Shown here: positions 50,521-64,000 of the stretch, piece by piece
How positions within the stretch are numbered: the first letter of the stretch is position 1
Layout of the letters: each line of letters begins with the position of its first letter
Source of the DNA: Octopus sinensis
Taxonomy: Eukaryota
NCBI RefSeq assembly: GCF_006345805.1
Contig: NC_043001.1
Coordinates: 13,454,001 to 13,518,000, forward strand
Reading direction: 5' to 3'
Length of the DNA: 64,000 nucleotides
Position numbers and translations under genes: made by a program
Notes under the pieces: generated by a model
What the model was told of the DNA's origin: nothing
Database searches by the model: none
What the model saw: only the letters and a program-made list of their open reading frames with translations

Positions 50521-53346
50521 ACAACAAAACCTGACTTAAAAATAATGTAACAGGTCCTAACAGGTGGTACTATTAAGTTGGTCATGAGCGAAACATCTAA
50601 GTTTATCCATGTTTTATCTAAACAATTCTTATATTAGATCTTTTGAAACATAGTGGGCCAGATTTGCATCGTTTCCGAAAAGCTAGTATTGTTTATATTT
50701 CATCAATGCATACAGGCTGAATGAGAAAATATTAGTATCAGATTTAAAATAATACAATTCTAACATTCCCCCTTTCATTTTACACACATGCTTTTTCACG
50801 CACCTAGACAAAAAAAAACCATTCACTACTTCAAACGACTTTGTACATTTACTATTAATATGAAAAGGACTCACTCTTTATATGATCTGCTATTTATAGA
50901 TAGATTATCTCTTCAGCCTCTCAAACCTGTTCAAAATTTCACTTTATAAACTAATTCCCCTATGCATCATGTCACTCTCATTCTATAAAAGCCATCATAA
51001 TTTGCTCCATGCAACCATGTCTCAGATTGACTTACTAAATTAGTCATTAGTAATATGTTTGAGGTAAATTTCTAATGAACTAATTTGTCTGCGCATGAAA
51101 TGAGTGAAATATTTGATTATTTCTGGCTAGTGAAAATCATAGCTAAACTGCCTATCTTTGGGATTTGTTTATCCATAGAATACACAATTCAATATATTTT
51201 CTGCTAGCACTCTCTAAACTACACCATTATAGTCACAAAATTCCTCAGAATATCACGCGATGTCCATGTGAGCAATTTTGTATCGGCTACCTGTTTGTTA
51301 AAAACCTTTCTTCACTGTATATCATACAAAATTGACTTCTCAGAGAAAATAATTGTAATTCGCACACAACATTGATCGACAAACAAATAACCTGCAACAC
51401 TTGCATCACATCACACGCATAATCAGTGATGTGTGAAGTGTCGTAGAATGGATGTGTGAAAATATATTCTCTTTCAATAGCGCAAAGTAACAATCGCTAC
51501 ACATAAACTAGAACCGATTTTTATGGTTGTGTAATCCAGCGTGAAAAAGTTACGAAATCAAAATAAATATTCTGATATTTTACTATGCATTTTAGCTTTC
51601 CTTCTACGAGTTTATATCGTATTACTTTGAGATTTTAATGATTTGAATATTAGTTGCAATATGGCTTTCGTACTAGAGTTCCTATGGGAGAGATAAAATG
51701 CCATAGAATAAATAATGACATAATTATGTTCCCCTGTAAGATCAACGAAGAAAGCTGTAACGACATAAAAATATTTAAACTAGTATCTATCTAGGTATTA
51801 CATTTGTAACTGAAATGGTTTGTATTAAAGTTAGTCAGTATTTAATCTTTCTGAATATTACTACTTTGATTTTAACAAAGAATTTTCAAACAAAGGGCTA
51901 CAGTTAGTTTGAAGCCATACAACTTTCATATAACTTTCGTATAGCTTTTTGAAGTTCGTCCAAGAAAATTTTGTTTATTGGGAAAAAAATAAAGAAAACC
52001 GAAAGGAAAAAATGTCCACAAAACGTTAAAATTTTTAAAAAAATATAAGTACGATTACTGATATTCACAATAAGGTTATATATTAGCTCATAATTAATTT
52101 TTGAATGAATGCATCGCCTATTCAAAGATTTCTAAGTAATGAATGCAGGTAATAATTTCTAATTTGTATGTAAAGTTAGGAAGTTAACTTTAGTTTGAAA
52201 TAAAAACAAAAAAAGCTAGGTAAAATGTATTTTGTTTTCTCTTTCAAATATTTTTGAAATCATTGACTATTTAGAGTATTAAATTTTCATTTATCAAGAT
52301 TATTGCAGAATGCAATATGTGAGAGGAAAGAAATTACTTTCGCCTACAATCAAGATAAATGCAGTAACAATAGACATCATTAATACGAAAATATATTTTT
52401 AAAAACTTAATGATTTAAATTAAGCGGTTATATTTCCAGTAAAATGTGTACTGTCCACTAAATTCGTGAATGAAGATATATTATTTAGTTTTGCTTCTTC
52501 TTTTCCATAAACTGTTATTCATATTTCAAAGCGCTTAAATATGAGGTTAGATTCAATGAAAATTATTTTTGTTTTCTTCTTCGCCAAGAAAATGAAGACA
52601 TAGCATTCTACGTTGAATAACATTGATAAATGTATTTTAATTACTGAATGAAAGATGTTTATTTAGTGTAGATACCACGTATTAAATGACGCCGACATTC
52701 AACTATATCAATTGCCGCGTTTTAGCTAACAAAACGCATACACATACTCAAGTCCATGTTACATTCATATTATAAATGTAGTGCGCAGGATTCTATGATG
52801 ACAAACGTCTGCACCAGTGTATCAAGACCATATGTGCACCGGCTGATACGGATTAAATCATAATCTCAATATACTTTTACGATTCGCATGATATCCGACT
52901 GGCGCTATGGAAGTTATAGGATTTCTAAGTGGCTCCAAAATATATTTTGATGGCGCTCGACAAGATGGCGCAGATGTCTCTAAATAAACACGATTAAAAA
53001 TTAGCGCAGTCTTCATCAAGATGCTCTACCAACTGCAAGTTCCTATAAATTTGTATATGTATACACATGCGTAGACAAACAAGTGGAAAACTTTAAATAT
53101 AGTTCTTCTAAACTCGATTTTCGTCTCGTAATGAATTCAAAGGACATTATCAATATGATTCTGCTCTAGTTACCAACCGCTTGACCATGCACAATCATTA
53201 TCCATGAGAATCGGGTCTGGTTACCAACGATTTTACTAGCACTGTTATGTAGTCAAGAGTGGCAGGTCCCTAGTTATTAAAGAACAGACCTGAGACATAG
53301 AACGTAAAATATTTCTTTATATATAAGCATACACATGTATATATAA

Positions 53347-53385
<39 letters not shown>

Positions 53386-53580
53386 GTGTGTGTGTGTGTG
53401 TGTGTGTGTGATAATGGTAAGAAAAAGGAGGCTAATCACAGATTTGTATTCTTATTTAGCATCTCAGTTCAGAGAACCAGTAGAAATGATTCCTGGTGAT
53501 GCTCGGAAGCGGGATGGAGGTGCCGAATATATGATTATTCAACGTGTTATTCTTGTATGTATATATATATATAAATATAT

Positions 53581-53706
53581 ATATATGAAAGAAGTTTGAA
53601 AATGCAATTTTAAAGGATGTTTAAAAGTGAATAAACATCATTAAAATTGCATTTTCAAACCTTCTTTCATATATAATTCCACTCTTGCGGTACCTTAAAA
53701 CTTCAC
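53581..53706. repeat. Small fold-back (53581-53674) with short tail inside (TA)n
   Basis: ATATATGAAAGAAGTTTGAAAATGCAATTTTAA and its reverse complement. Confidence 0.8.
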
Positions 53707-53791
53707 TATATACATATATATACATATATATATATATATATCTATATATATATATATATATATATATAACATATATATATATATATATATT

Positions 53792-53888
<97 letters not shown>

Positions 53889-53904
53889 TAATATATATAC
53901 ATAT

Positions 53905-53976
<72 letters not shown>

Positions 53977-54109
53977 TTATATATATATATATATAATATA
54001 TATATATATATAATATATATATATATACATATATTGATAATGTATATATGATTCCTTGAAGAACATTAAAATGATCTTTTACGGTAAAAGTCTGTCCTGA
54101 TTTGAATTT

Positions 54110-54545
54110 TTATGTTGTCTTCAGGAAGGTTGATTCAAGCCCTCCAAATGAGGTGACATCACTTTTTGACTGTTGGTATTGGGATTGTGGGAAGTACTTT
54201 AGCTCTGGTGAGGGATTTTTTGAGGGATCTAGTTCGGCTTTTAGTTTTATTATTTTGTGCATTTCGAATGTTTCTTTCATTCTTGGACCTTGTCTTATTA
54301 GTGGGATGTTCTGGTATATAATATTTTAAACCTCTGTGTTTCTTGGGCTCTATGTTGTAATGAACGGTAGAGTATTTAATGCATCCTGAGGGTTTTTTTT
54401 TGTTTTTCATAGTTCTTGCAAATTTACTACTTTGGCACGTTTCGTTCCGTTGTCTATTAACGTTAGTGGCTATTGCCTTTTAAGTAGTATTTGTTTTAAT
54501 TATTGGAGTCTTTTATTGCAAGTTTCAGTATTTGATGCAATTGTG
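54110..54545 (-). pseudogene. Penelope-like element fragment (RT C-terminus/linker), inverted relative to 54546-55710
   Basis: CTIASNTETCNKRLQ*LKQILLKRQ*PLTLIDNGTKRAK; nucleotide similarity to the plus-strand copy. Confidence 0.7.
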
Positions 54546-55710
54546 CAGACACACAGACACACGAAGAATAACATTCCATTTAATCTAGCCAGAGGAAACT
54601 GCACAATTCATGTTAATAGACAACAGAATAGAAAGTACCAAAGCAATAGATATCCAAGAACTACCAGAAACGAAAAACACTCCAGATACATCTAACACTC
54701 AACCATTTTTACAACTCACGAACCAAGAAAGCACAGAGGTTTACAATATTATCCAACAGAACCTCCCACTGCTAAGATAGGACCCTAGAATCAAACAGAC
54801 ATTTGAAATACAAGTAATAAAAAGTAAAAACCAATCCAGTCCCTCAAAAATTCCATAACCTATTTCTTTATTACCCACAGGGGGCTAAACACAGAGGGGA
54901 CAAACAAGGACAGACATAGGTATCAAGTCGATTACATTGACCCCAGCGCGAAACTGGTACTTAATCTATCGACCCCGAAAGGATGAAAAGCAAAGTCGAC
55001 CTCGGCGGAATTTGAACTCACAACGTAACGCAGACGAAATACCAATTTCTTTGTTACCCACAAGGGGCTAAACACAGAGGGGACAAACAAGGACTGACAT
55101 AGGTATTAAGTCGATTATATCGACCCCAGTGCGTAACTGGTACTTAATTTATCGATCCCGAAAGGATGAAAAGCAAAGTCGACCTCGGCGGAATTTGAAC
55201 TCACAACGTAACGCAGACGAAATACCGCTAAGCATTTCGCCCGGCGTGCTAACGTTTCTGCCAGCTCGCATAACCGCCGCTATATTACCTTCCACAGTTA
55301 CAACACCAACAGTCAAAAAGTGTGGCCGCCTCATTTGCGGAAATTTCATCGATCGTATTGAAGACACATCATCCAAATTCAAATCAGGACAGATTTTTAC
55401 CGTAAAAACTAATTTTACATGTTCTTCAAGGAATTTCATGAACGCTATCAAATCTCAAGGATGTAATGGAGATTACATAGGTCAAACAAGGCTTACTCTA
55501 AGAAATCGACTGACCATTCACCGACAACAAATACGACACCTCGGATTCCACTGAGCAGCCACATAGATATATATGCAAAAGTAAGTCCCCCAGATTCTAG
55601 GTCTTCCCACTCTGCCTAAGTACAGTGATAACCACAGATGAAGCACGGATAAACAAAGGGAATATTTCCAAGCAAAAGTACAAACTAAGACTTAACTATC
55701 TTTAAACTAG
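54546..55710 (+). pseudogene. Penelope-like element 3' part: RT C-terminus and GIY-YIG endonuclease, interrupted by a SINE
   Basis: HTKNNIPFNLAR; VKKCGRLIC...FTCSSRNFMNAIKSQGCNGDYIGQTRLTLRNRLTIHRQQIR. Confidence 0.85.
54861..55268 (-). mobile_element. SINE family B dimer inserted in the PLE
   Basis: TSD CATAACC at 54854-54860 and 55269-55275. Confidence 0.92.
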
Positions 55711-57199
55711 TACATACATAAATAACTATTCACACACAAAACTCATTCTGCCACTTAATATGAGTAACCTACACAGCTAATAACCTATCGATGTTGCACG
55801 GACAACGGACAACGATGTTGCACGGACAAGGAAGAAAGAGCAGGCTTGGGAAAAGAAGAGAGAGAAGTATAAGCAGAGGGGCAGAAGAATTAGGGAGGAT
55901 AAAGAGAAGAGACAGAAGTAGAAGGAGAGGGACAGAAGAAGTAAGGAGGGGCAAGAAAAAATTACAGGTACACAGTGAAGTGAAAAGTGGAGGGAAAGTG
56001 AGTAAGAAGATAAGGCAAAGAAATGTGAGAGAAGGGGAACGAAAATTCGATGAGTGGAATGAATGAATAAGCGTAAAAGGGCTGATAGACAGAAACAGAG
56101 TCGTACAAGATTTTGAAATCTGTTGTCTTACATATAAAAGAACAAAATGTACGTACGCCGCAACATATATATATATAAAGAATACAAAATGGGACAAGAA
56201 CGCAAAACATTCGGACAGGTAGGTGATACAAAAAGGGACAACAATATGTGTCTGTGTATGTGTGTCTTTGTGTGTGTGTTAGAAACCAAAAGAATAACGG
56301 AAAGGGAATTAGTTGTACGCTTCCGCTTGTTACATAAATTAATTCACATTTGTTACAATTGATGCATGCATTTATTATAATTACACGTTAATAATACAAT
56401 TTTTGACCTGACCTGCTCAATAGTAACACATTAGTCTATCAGTGCTAAGTTCCTCATACAATACTTGAGGTGAATAAATCTTGTTTTTGTATCCAGGACT
56501 CCGAAAACTTGTTTTAAATCTCTAACGGACAATTCATCACTAAGTGGAATTAAGTAATGTTTGGATATTTTCAACGTTAAACAATTTGAATGTGTAATCG
56601 AAAGTCATATAATACAATTAACCCGGAAATTTAGTTCCTGTACGAAATTCTACTAAGATTTGTCTCCATCACCCCACCTATAGCAACACGTCATTCCTAA
56701 TTGGTACATGTGAACAATTGTTTACACACATTTGAAAACAGATGCTCTCTTCTGCCTGACTTTACAGCTGCAAAGTTTATATAATAGGCAATTCGCGCAG
56801 CTGAAAACTGTTTTCTGTACCAGTTAATGGGAAAATGTGATTCATAGAAAGCAATTTTGTTTTAACGATTGCAGTGTGGACATAAGTTAGCCATTCGGAT
56901 ACACACGAAGATCTTTACCTTCACTTAAATGTTTACTTGTAGTATGATGCTGACTTTGTAATATGAAGTCAGTGAACAGGTCGTAGTTTGGATCGACGAA
57001 AATTTCAGCACCATAATACACATTCGTTATTAAAGGAAGTTAACGGGGTTTGTGAGTATCTCATTGGCTAACTGAAGTTTCCCACGCTGCAATCTCTTTG
57101 GTTTCAGCACACGACTGCAGGCCAGAACACTTGTTATATAAGTATATATATCTATAATGACGTAGTGAAAGAGGAAACATCTTAATTACACATCATTCT

Positions 57200-57595
57200 T
57201 TTCTAATGTAAGCATAAGGCCCGATATTTCGAGGGAGGGGGGCAGGCGGTTAGATCGACTCCAGTACACAACTGCTACTTAATTTATCGACCCCGAAAGG
57301 ATGAAAGGCAAAGTCTACCTCGACGGAATTTGAACTCAGAACGTAAAGACAGATGAAATACCTATTTCTTTACTACACACGCGGTGCTAAACACAGAGAG
57401 GACGAACAAGGACAGACAAACGGATTAAGTCGATTACATCGACCCCAGTGCGTAACTGGTACTTAATTTGTCGACCCCGAAAGGGAGAAAGGCAAAGTCG
57501 ACCTCGGCGGAATTTGAACTCAGACCGTAACGGCAGACGAAATACGGCTACGCATTTCGCCCGTCGTACTAACGGTTCTGTCAGCTCGCCGCCTT
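57200..57595 (-). mobile_element. SINE family B, two bodies (tail B terminal)
   Basis: Family B motifs. Confidence 0.88.
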
Positions 57596-58906
57596 CTTAA
57601 TGACACGACATTGAAGCACTGATGACTGTGTTTTCTGGTTGCGTTGTCGCCAGTTAATAAAGATGTACTTCAAACATTGATGTACCTTTACAGTGCTTTG
57701 TAGATATTATAACTTCATGTATACAATATCATGCAATGGTATGTAAAAGTATATTTTGCATATTGAGTTTGATATAAACAGTCTGACATAGACATACACG
57801 GCGAATTACCGTTACTGAATATAAGACACGATAAACAATATTAAAATATTAACTATCGTTTCAAAATACTTCTCCGAAACCGGAGTAGAATTGGCAAAAT
57901 ATCAGCATGGAAAATACAGTTTCTGTCAGACCGAAAGAAACCATTATATAGCACTAAGAAATAACATGACATTAATCATCCGTCTTTATAGATTTCCCAA
58001 TAGTGGATGTCTCAAAGAATGGAATAAAAAGTTACAGAATCATAGAATATAATAGTATTCTCTAATCAACAGAATATATTGGAAAATATATGGTTTTCGT
58101 TCATAATCTATAGTTACTAGCTTGGAAAAATAATTGCTGAAACATTTCTTTGAGAAGATAAGCAAGTTTTTTTATATATGAGCAATTTTTTGCATCACGG
58201 GGTAAAAGAAGTCTTAATATCAATGCTTCTGAATTTTCAGTAGCAGGAATGAGGACAGAAATTTGAATGTCAATCGCATATGTTAATCATTTCTTTAATA
58301 TTTCACTTAAAATTTCACACAGAGCATGTGCTGAAATGCTAGCCTGAAGCTCTGGCAATGACATGTTGTCTGAAAAGAGTGAGATATTTGTTTCAGAAAA
58401 AAAAAAATATGGTGGTGTTTCCGGATGAATATCTCAAAGCCCTTTGAGATGTGGACGTTGATATCAATAGAAAGGGAGTTCGAAATCATTTGTATGCACG
58501 ATATTATCTCCCAGTTATTGAAGAATAACTCCGTTTGGTGCACTGTTTTTATAAGCATTACATTCTGACATAAATAATTTCAGATTTTGACATAAGGCGA
58601 GAAATTTTGAAGGAGTGAATAATTCAATTATATCGACCCCTTTGTTCAAGTGGTACTTATTTGAACTCATAATGTATCGTCGGAAGAACCGTCGCTAACC
58701 ACGTTTTCCTAAGTTCTAAAGATTTTGCCAGAAAGCAGCCTTCAGTTTCTGACGTAATTAAAGAAATAATTTTTATTGTTCTTAACAAGGTTTTGAAAAC
58801 TTCAAAAATCGGTGTAATATATGTTTACTTAATGCTTCCTTACAAATTCCTATCACTGGAAACAAATGATAAAATTGATTCTTTGAAAATACATTTTGCC
58901 AGGTAT

Positions 58907-59318
58907 AGGCGCAGGAGTGGCTGTGTGGCAAGTAGCTTGCTTAGCAACCACATGGTTCCGGGTTCAGTCCCACTGCGTGGCACCATGGGCAAATGTCTTC
59001 AACTATAGCCTCGGGCCGACCAAAGTCTTGTGAGTGGATTTGGTAGACAGAAACTGAAAGAAGCCCGTCGTATATATGTATATATACATATGTGTGTGTG
59101 TCTGCCTGACTGTCTGTCTGTGAATGTTTGTGTGTCTATGTTTGTCCCCCAACATCGCTTGACAACGGATGCTGGTGTGTTTACGTCCCCGTAACTTAGC
59201 AGTTCGGCAAAAGACACCGATAGAATAAGCACTAGGCTTCCAAAGAATAAGTCCTGGAGTTGATTTCCTCGAATAAAGGCGGTGCTCCAGTCAAATGACT
59301 GAAACGAGTAAAAGAGAG
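58907..59318 (+). mobile_element. SINE family A
   Basis: Family A consensus; short deletion in the 3' end. Confidence 0.9.
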
Positions 59319-59410
59319 AAAAAGGGGTATTCTTTAAAACAATCCTACTCAATACTACTTCTAACATCACCATGCTATCTATCCCTGCTCGTTATCGTGC
59401 ATATTCTTTC

Positions 59411-59458
59411 CACAATTTATGACTCGCACAATTTATGACTCGCACAATTTATGACTCG
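59411..59458 (+). repeat. Perfect 16-bp triple tandem repeat CACAATTTATGACTCG
   Basis: Direct reading. Confidence 0.95.
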
Positions 59459-60699
59459 CTGTTAGATATAACACTAAATAAACATACTGACAACTTAGTT
59501 AGTCACAGTAAGATGGAATATAAAATCGGGCTTCCACCTCTAATTTTCATTGATAATGAGCTCGAATAACAGGTCTGTGACATATTAATTATGGAAAGGT
59601 AAAACATATTGGTAAAGTATTGAAAATAATCAATACAATTACCATTTTAGTTGAAGTTCATTTATGCTTCAAAAGTCAAAAATATGGGATAGAATTCTGT
59701 CAGATAAAAAGGTTTTCAACTAGTTTTGCTGCGGGGAAATTCGAAGTCCAGAGAAGTCAAATTATAAAAATTCAGGTCATATGATATACTTACCAAAAAA
59801 GGGAGAACCAGACCTGTTTCGATTAAAAATAACAGCTTAACAGTTTGGATTAAATAATAACAGCAATTTAATTAGAAGTTTGATATGTATGTCTCCAGTT
59901 GCGCGCGCATTTGGAGAATTACTAAAGGAGAGCAAGTGGGAAGGAGCTTTACTAATCTTTTAGGCAAAATAAACACTCAAACTTTGTAACTTCGTCAAGT
60001 ATCTGCTCTAACTATCACAACATATAGAGAGATTAAATGGTGAATTTGTTGAAAGCAATCAGAGTTATACACACACTCATATACACATTCGCACCGACAC
60101 ATGCTGGTCAATACCTCTTTAGGCACACTGCGAAAATAGAACCCCGCAAACCGAATCGTCCATTTAGTACTAAAATAATCAGCACGCTGGTGTTCGTCTT
60201 TGTATATTTGTAAGTCCGATGTAGATCACCGTTTGTTTTCTGTGTATTAATCATAGATTATCTGAGAAAAGAGATAAAAATCAAGACGGCTTTTCCTTCT
60301 TTATGCATATATATTCACATCAGCACCTACGGCATGCCCAGCTCTCCATTCAGCAGATAAGGATACACGCAATAGAAAGACAGAATGGACTGAACAGAAC
60401 AGGAGACACGTGGGATGATGAAGACACGTTGAAGAGGGCATAGGTGTGTGATGAAAGACTTCCACACAATGGATATAAAATAAGAACAATAACACACAAG
60501 AGAAGAACGAATATATAATGTGTGTGCTTATTTGGCAAAAAAAAGTTGACATCCCAAAATATAATAATAAATTTATAGTGGGATTTAAATCTATATTTCT
60601 AGAACAGAACCAATATTTAAAACTCTGTGTGAATTCTCAAATATCGGAAGTGAAATACGAAATAGCGCTATGAGAGCTCGTATGAGAATCCACATATTT

Positions 60700-60930
60700 A
60701 TTTCTTTACTACCCACAAGGGGCTACACATAGAGGGGACAAACAAGGACAGATAAATGGATTAAGTCGATTATATCGACCCCCAGTGCGTAACTGGTACT
60801 TATTTAATCGACCCCGAAAGGATGAAAGGCAAAGTCGACCTCGGCGTAATTTAAACTCAGAACATAGCGGCAGACGAAATACCACTAAGCATTTCGCCCG
60901 ACGTGCGAACGTTTCTGCCATCTCGCTGCC
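60700..60930 (-). mobile_element. SINE family B monomer
   Basis: Family B motifs. Confidence 0.88.
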
Positions 60931-61067
60931 ATATGTGAATCCTCATACCGTTAGGTTGAATTCTGCAGTTGTTTATGACATAATGTACATGTAGAAAAAA
61001 AAACCGAAGCAATATCAATTTGTTATAAAAGTATTGTTATATTATGTTAGGTACTCTTTTAACTCTT

Positions 61068-61630
61068 ATTTTTTACTCTTTTACTTGTTTCAGTCATTTG
61101 ACTGCGGCCATGCTGGAGCACCGCCTTTAATCGAGCATATCGATCACGGGAATTATTCTTTTGTAAGCCCAGTACTTATTCTATCGGTCTCTTTTGCAGA
61201 ACCGCTAAGTAACGGGGACATAAACACACCAGCATCGGTTGTCAAGCAGTGCTAGGGGGAGCTTCTTTTCAGTTTCCGTCTACCAAATCCACTCACAAGG
61301 CATTGGTCGGCCCGAGGCTATAGTAGATGACACTTGCCCAAGGTGCCACGCAGTGGTACTGAACCCGGAACCATGTGGTTGGTAAACAAGCTACTTACCA
61401 CACAGCCACTCCTGCGCCTAATTTTCCTTACTACCCAGAAGCACAAGCATATATTTATTAATATATATACGACGGGCTTCTTTTCAGTTTCCGTCTACCA
61501 AATCCACTCACAAGGCATTGGTCGGCCCGAGGCTATAGTAGATGACACTTGCCCAAGGTGCCACGCAGTGGGACTGAACCCGGAACCATGTGGCTGGTAA
61601 ACAAGCTACTTACCACACAGCCACTCCTGT
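61068..61630 (-). mobile_element. SINE family A with central deletion plus a second head (about 61468-61630)
   Basis: The two heads are near-identical. Confidence 0.85.
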
Positions 61631-62158
61631 ATGTTATTTTCAAAAAATTCTTTTCAGTTATATAATGTAAATTGTATAATTCAATTACGTATTCTAATTA
61701 AACAAAGGCACTGACAAGTGTATCTAAATACGTAAAACTTCGTAATAGTCTTACACATCCGTAAAAGTTTCAGTAGGATTATACAGTATGTGATAAGCAC
61801 CTAAATGAATTTTTCATTTATATGTAACAAAGCTACTAACAACTCTTTTGTTTTAACACACTTGCGCACACATACATATGTGTATATGTGCGTGTATGCA
61901 CAGAAAACTTATATATATATATATAATATGAATTAGAGATAAAACCACTATTATGCAACTCAAACAGGGATAGACATAAACCAATACATAAATAACAAAT
62001 AATATGAATATAATTAATATAATATATAATATATATATAGATATTTTTTTAATGTTTTAATTTTTTAATTAAACATATATGTATATATATATATAACAAT
62101 ATATATATAACAATATATATGTATATATATAAATTTGGATTTATTCCCTAATATTTAT

Positions 62159-62214
<56 letters not shown>

Positions 62215-62719
62215 GTGTACATGCATAATACAGGCGCGTGTATGATGTGATACAAAAATATTTTGCTTAAGCGTATTATACTTCTATTCACTGGGTGAAG
62301 TACACTTATTACTAATTTTAAGAATATTTTGGGCCTTTTATTGCAGTCAAGGTTTTTAGAAAGGAAAACTACCAAGAATTATTTCTTCTACGATTACATA
62401 TAATAGCATCAAGGATATGAAAAGAATACGTTACTAGAGTCTTGAACCGCACGAATCTGTAAAGTTCAGTTTACTTACACGCTGTATTATATCGACTATA
62501 CTCGAAGTAGCCTATGGCCATAATCTGACCCGTTTCTGATTTTCCGATATAGCTTGATATTTGTTTTACAAATAGTCCATCAATTTGCAAAGTTGAAGAT
62601 TGTTTAGTTATTATTTCTAGCAATCTGAACGACTCTGTAGCCCACATATGAACCCAATTTTATCGCAAACGGGCCGAACCAGTAAAATCATAGCAAGAGA
62701 GCCTATATATTTAAGTCGT

Positions 62720-63320
62720 CGAGCGGTCAGAAACATTAGCACGCCGGGCGAAATCCGTAGCGGTATTTCATCTGCCGTTAAATTCTGAGTTCAAATTCTG
62801 CCGAGGTCGACTTTGACTTTCATCCTTTTGGGGTCGATAAATTAAGTACCAGTTACGCACTGGGGTCGATGTAATCGACTTAATACCTATGTCTGTCCTT
62901 GTTTGTCCCCTCTGTGTTTAGCCCCTTGTGGGTAGTAAAGAAATAGGTATTTCGTCTGCCGCTACGTTCTGAGTTCAAATTCCGCCGAGGTAGACTTTGC
63001 CTTTCATCCTTCAGGGGTCGATAAATTAAGAACCACTTACGCATTGGGGTCGAGGTAATCGACTTAATCCGTTTGTCTGTCCTTGTTTGTCCCCTCTGTC
63101 TTTAGCCCATTGTGGGTAGTAAAGAAATAGGTACTTCGACCGTCTTTATTTACGTTCTGAGTTCGTTATTCTGCCCAAGTCGACTTCGCCTTTCCTTCTT
63201 TCGAGATCGATAAATTAAGTACCAGTTACTCACTGCGATCGATGTAATCGACTTAATCCCTTTCTCAGTCCTTATTTGTCCCCTCTATGTTTAACCCCTT
63301 GTGGGCAATAAAGAAATAAG
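62720..63320 (+). mobile_element. SINE family B, three tandem bodies
   Basis: One head, three bodies. Confidence 0.88.
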
Positions 63321-63574
63321 AACCTATATATAACAATTTAAAAGTTTTCCCTTTGTTTCAGTGTAAAAAAGTAAATTCTCAAAATGTACATGTTTAAAGA
63401 ATAATTTTCTGCGGGGGGGGGGTGAGGAACATTGAACAAGTGAAAGTGGGAACTGTTAAATATGACTGAGTTATCACACAGCCTCGTAAATGTATACAAT
63501 CTATGAATTAAAAAAAAAAACACTTTTATTATTTGTTATCGTTTATATTTTATCATGTTCCAGAAATATTTTTT

Positions 63575-64000
63575 CTACTTCACAAGTGCATCAATATCAG
63601 GCGTGAAATTCTGAGTAGCAGCTGATCTTGGGATGTCGTTTAGGTGCGTATGTGTGAGCGTTGAGCATAGCTTTGTTTTATGGATGCTTATTGCAGAGAA
63701 AACTTTTTCACAAAGGTAGGTGCTTCCGAACATGCACAAATCTTTCGCAGCAACGGTTGTCAATTTGGGGTCCCTTGGCCAGCGATACTGAAGAAAATTT
63801 TCCATGCCCACCCATGTAAATTTGTTTTTGTTTTTATCAAATCTGAATCACGTTGCAAGTCAGTCATTTCAAGCAAGCTGAATGTTGACAAGCAGATCAG
63901 AGACGTTGTTGACTGTAAATGGTGATCGACATACTGTGAAATCTGTCTTTCAAGTTTATCAAAGATCTGAAACTTTTGCTCAAGCAATAATCCCGTGATA
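63575..64000 (-). pseudogene. hAT-superfamily transposase C-terminal remnant (GTF2IRD2/SPIN-like)
   Basis: MFGSTYLCEKVFS...LTHTHLNDI...TPDID dimerisation motif; LEMTDLQRDSDL upstream; frameshifted. Confidence 0.85.

Noticed and set aside
52955-52975. YY1-like CAAGATGGCG motif
   Set aside because: Single short motif with no other promoter evidence.
56919-57160. Possible minus-strand exon with GTAAAG donor and a CSGLQSC peptide
   Set aside because: On checking, no continuous open frame links any acceptor to the donor.
58120-58385. Minus-strand frame after a strong acceptor (DNMSLPELQAS...)
   Set aside because: In-frame stop after 27 codons and no recognisable homology.

Overview
AT-rich eukaryotic, repeat-dominated DNA with no host gene I can identify. 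The SINE families and (TA)n/(TACA)n/(GAGT)n microsatellites suggest an octopus genome (inference). The window holds a disrupted CR1-type LINE (1-3189), an older CR1 remnant, an RTE 3' end, Penelope-like (PLE) remnants with a GIY-YIG nuclease, a hAT transposase remnant, Helitron-like elements, a Tc1/mariner end and dozens of tRNA-derived SINEs. The main result, read by hand from the sequence, is a set of type I hammerhead ribozyme (HHR) motifs. (1) A near-perfect 352-bp tandem array (4913-6256) has one complete HHR per unit on the minus strand, i.e. a retrozyme/circRNA-like element. (2) A 774-bp element with identical 174-bp terminal repeats (31279-32052) carries a second HHR. (3) Several fold-back elements and PLE-type termini next to (TA)n tracts carry intact or decayed HHRs. 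The CR1 3' end also shares a covarying stem-loop with the commonest SINE. Ribozyme activity, expression and novelty are untested.
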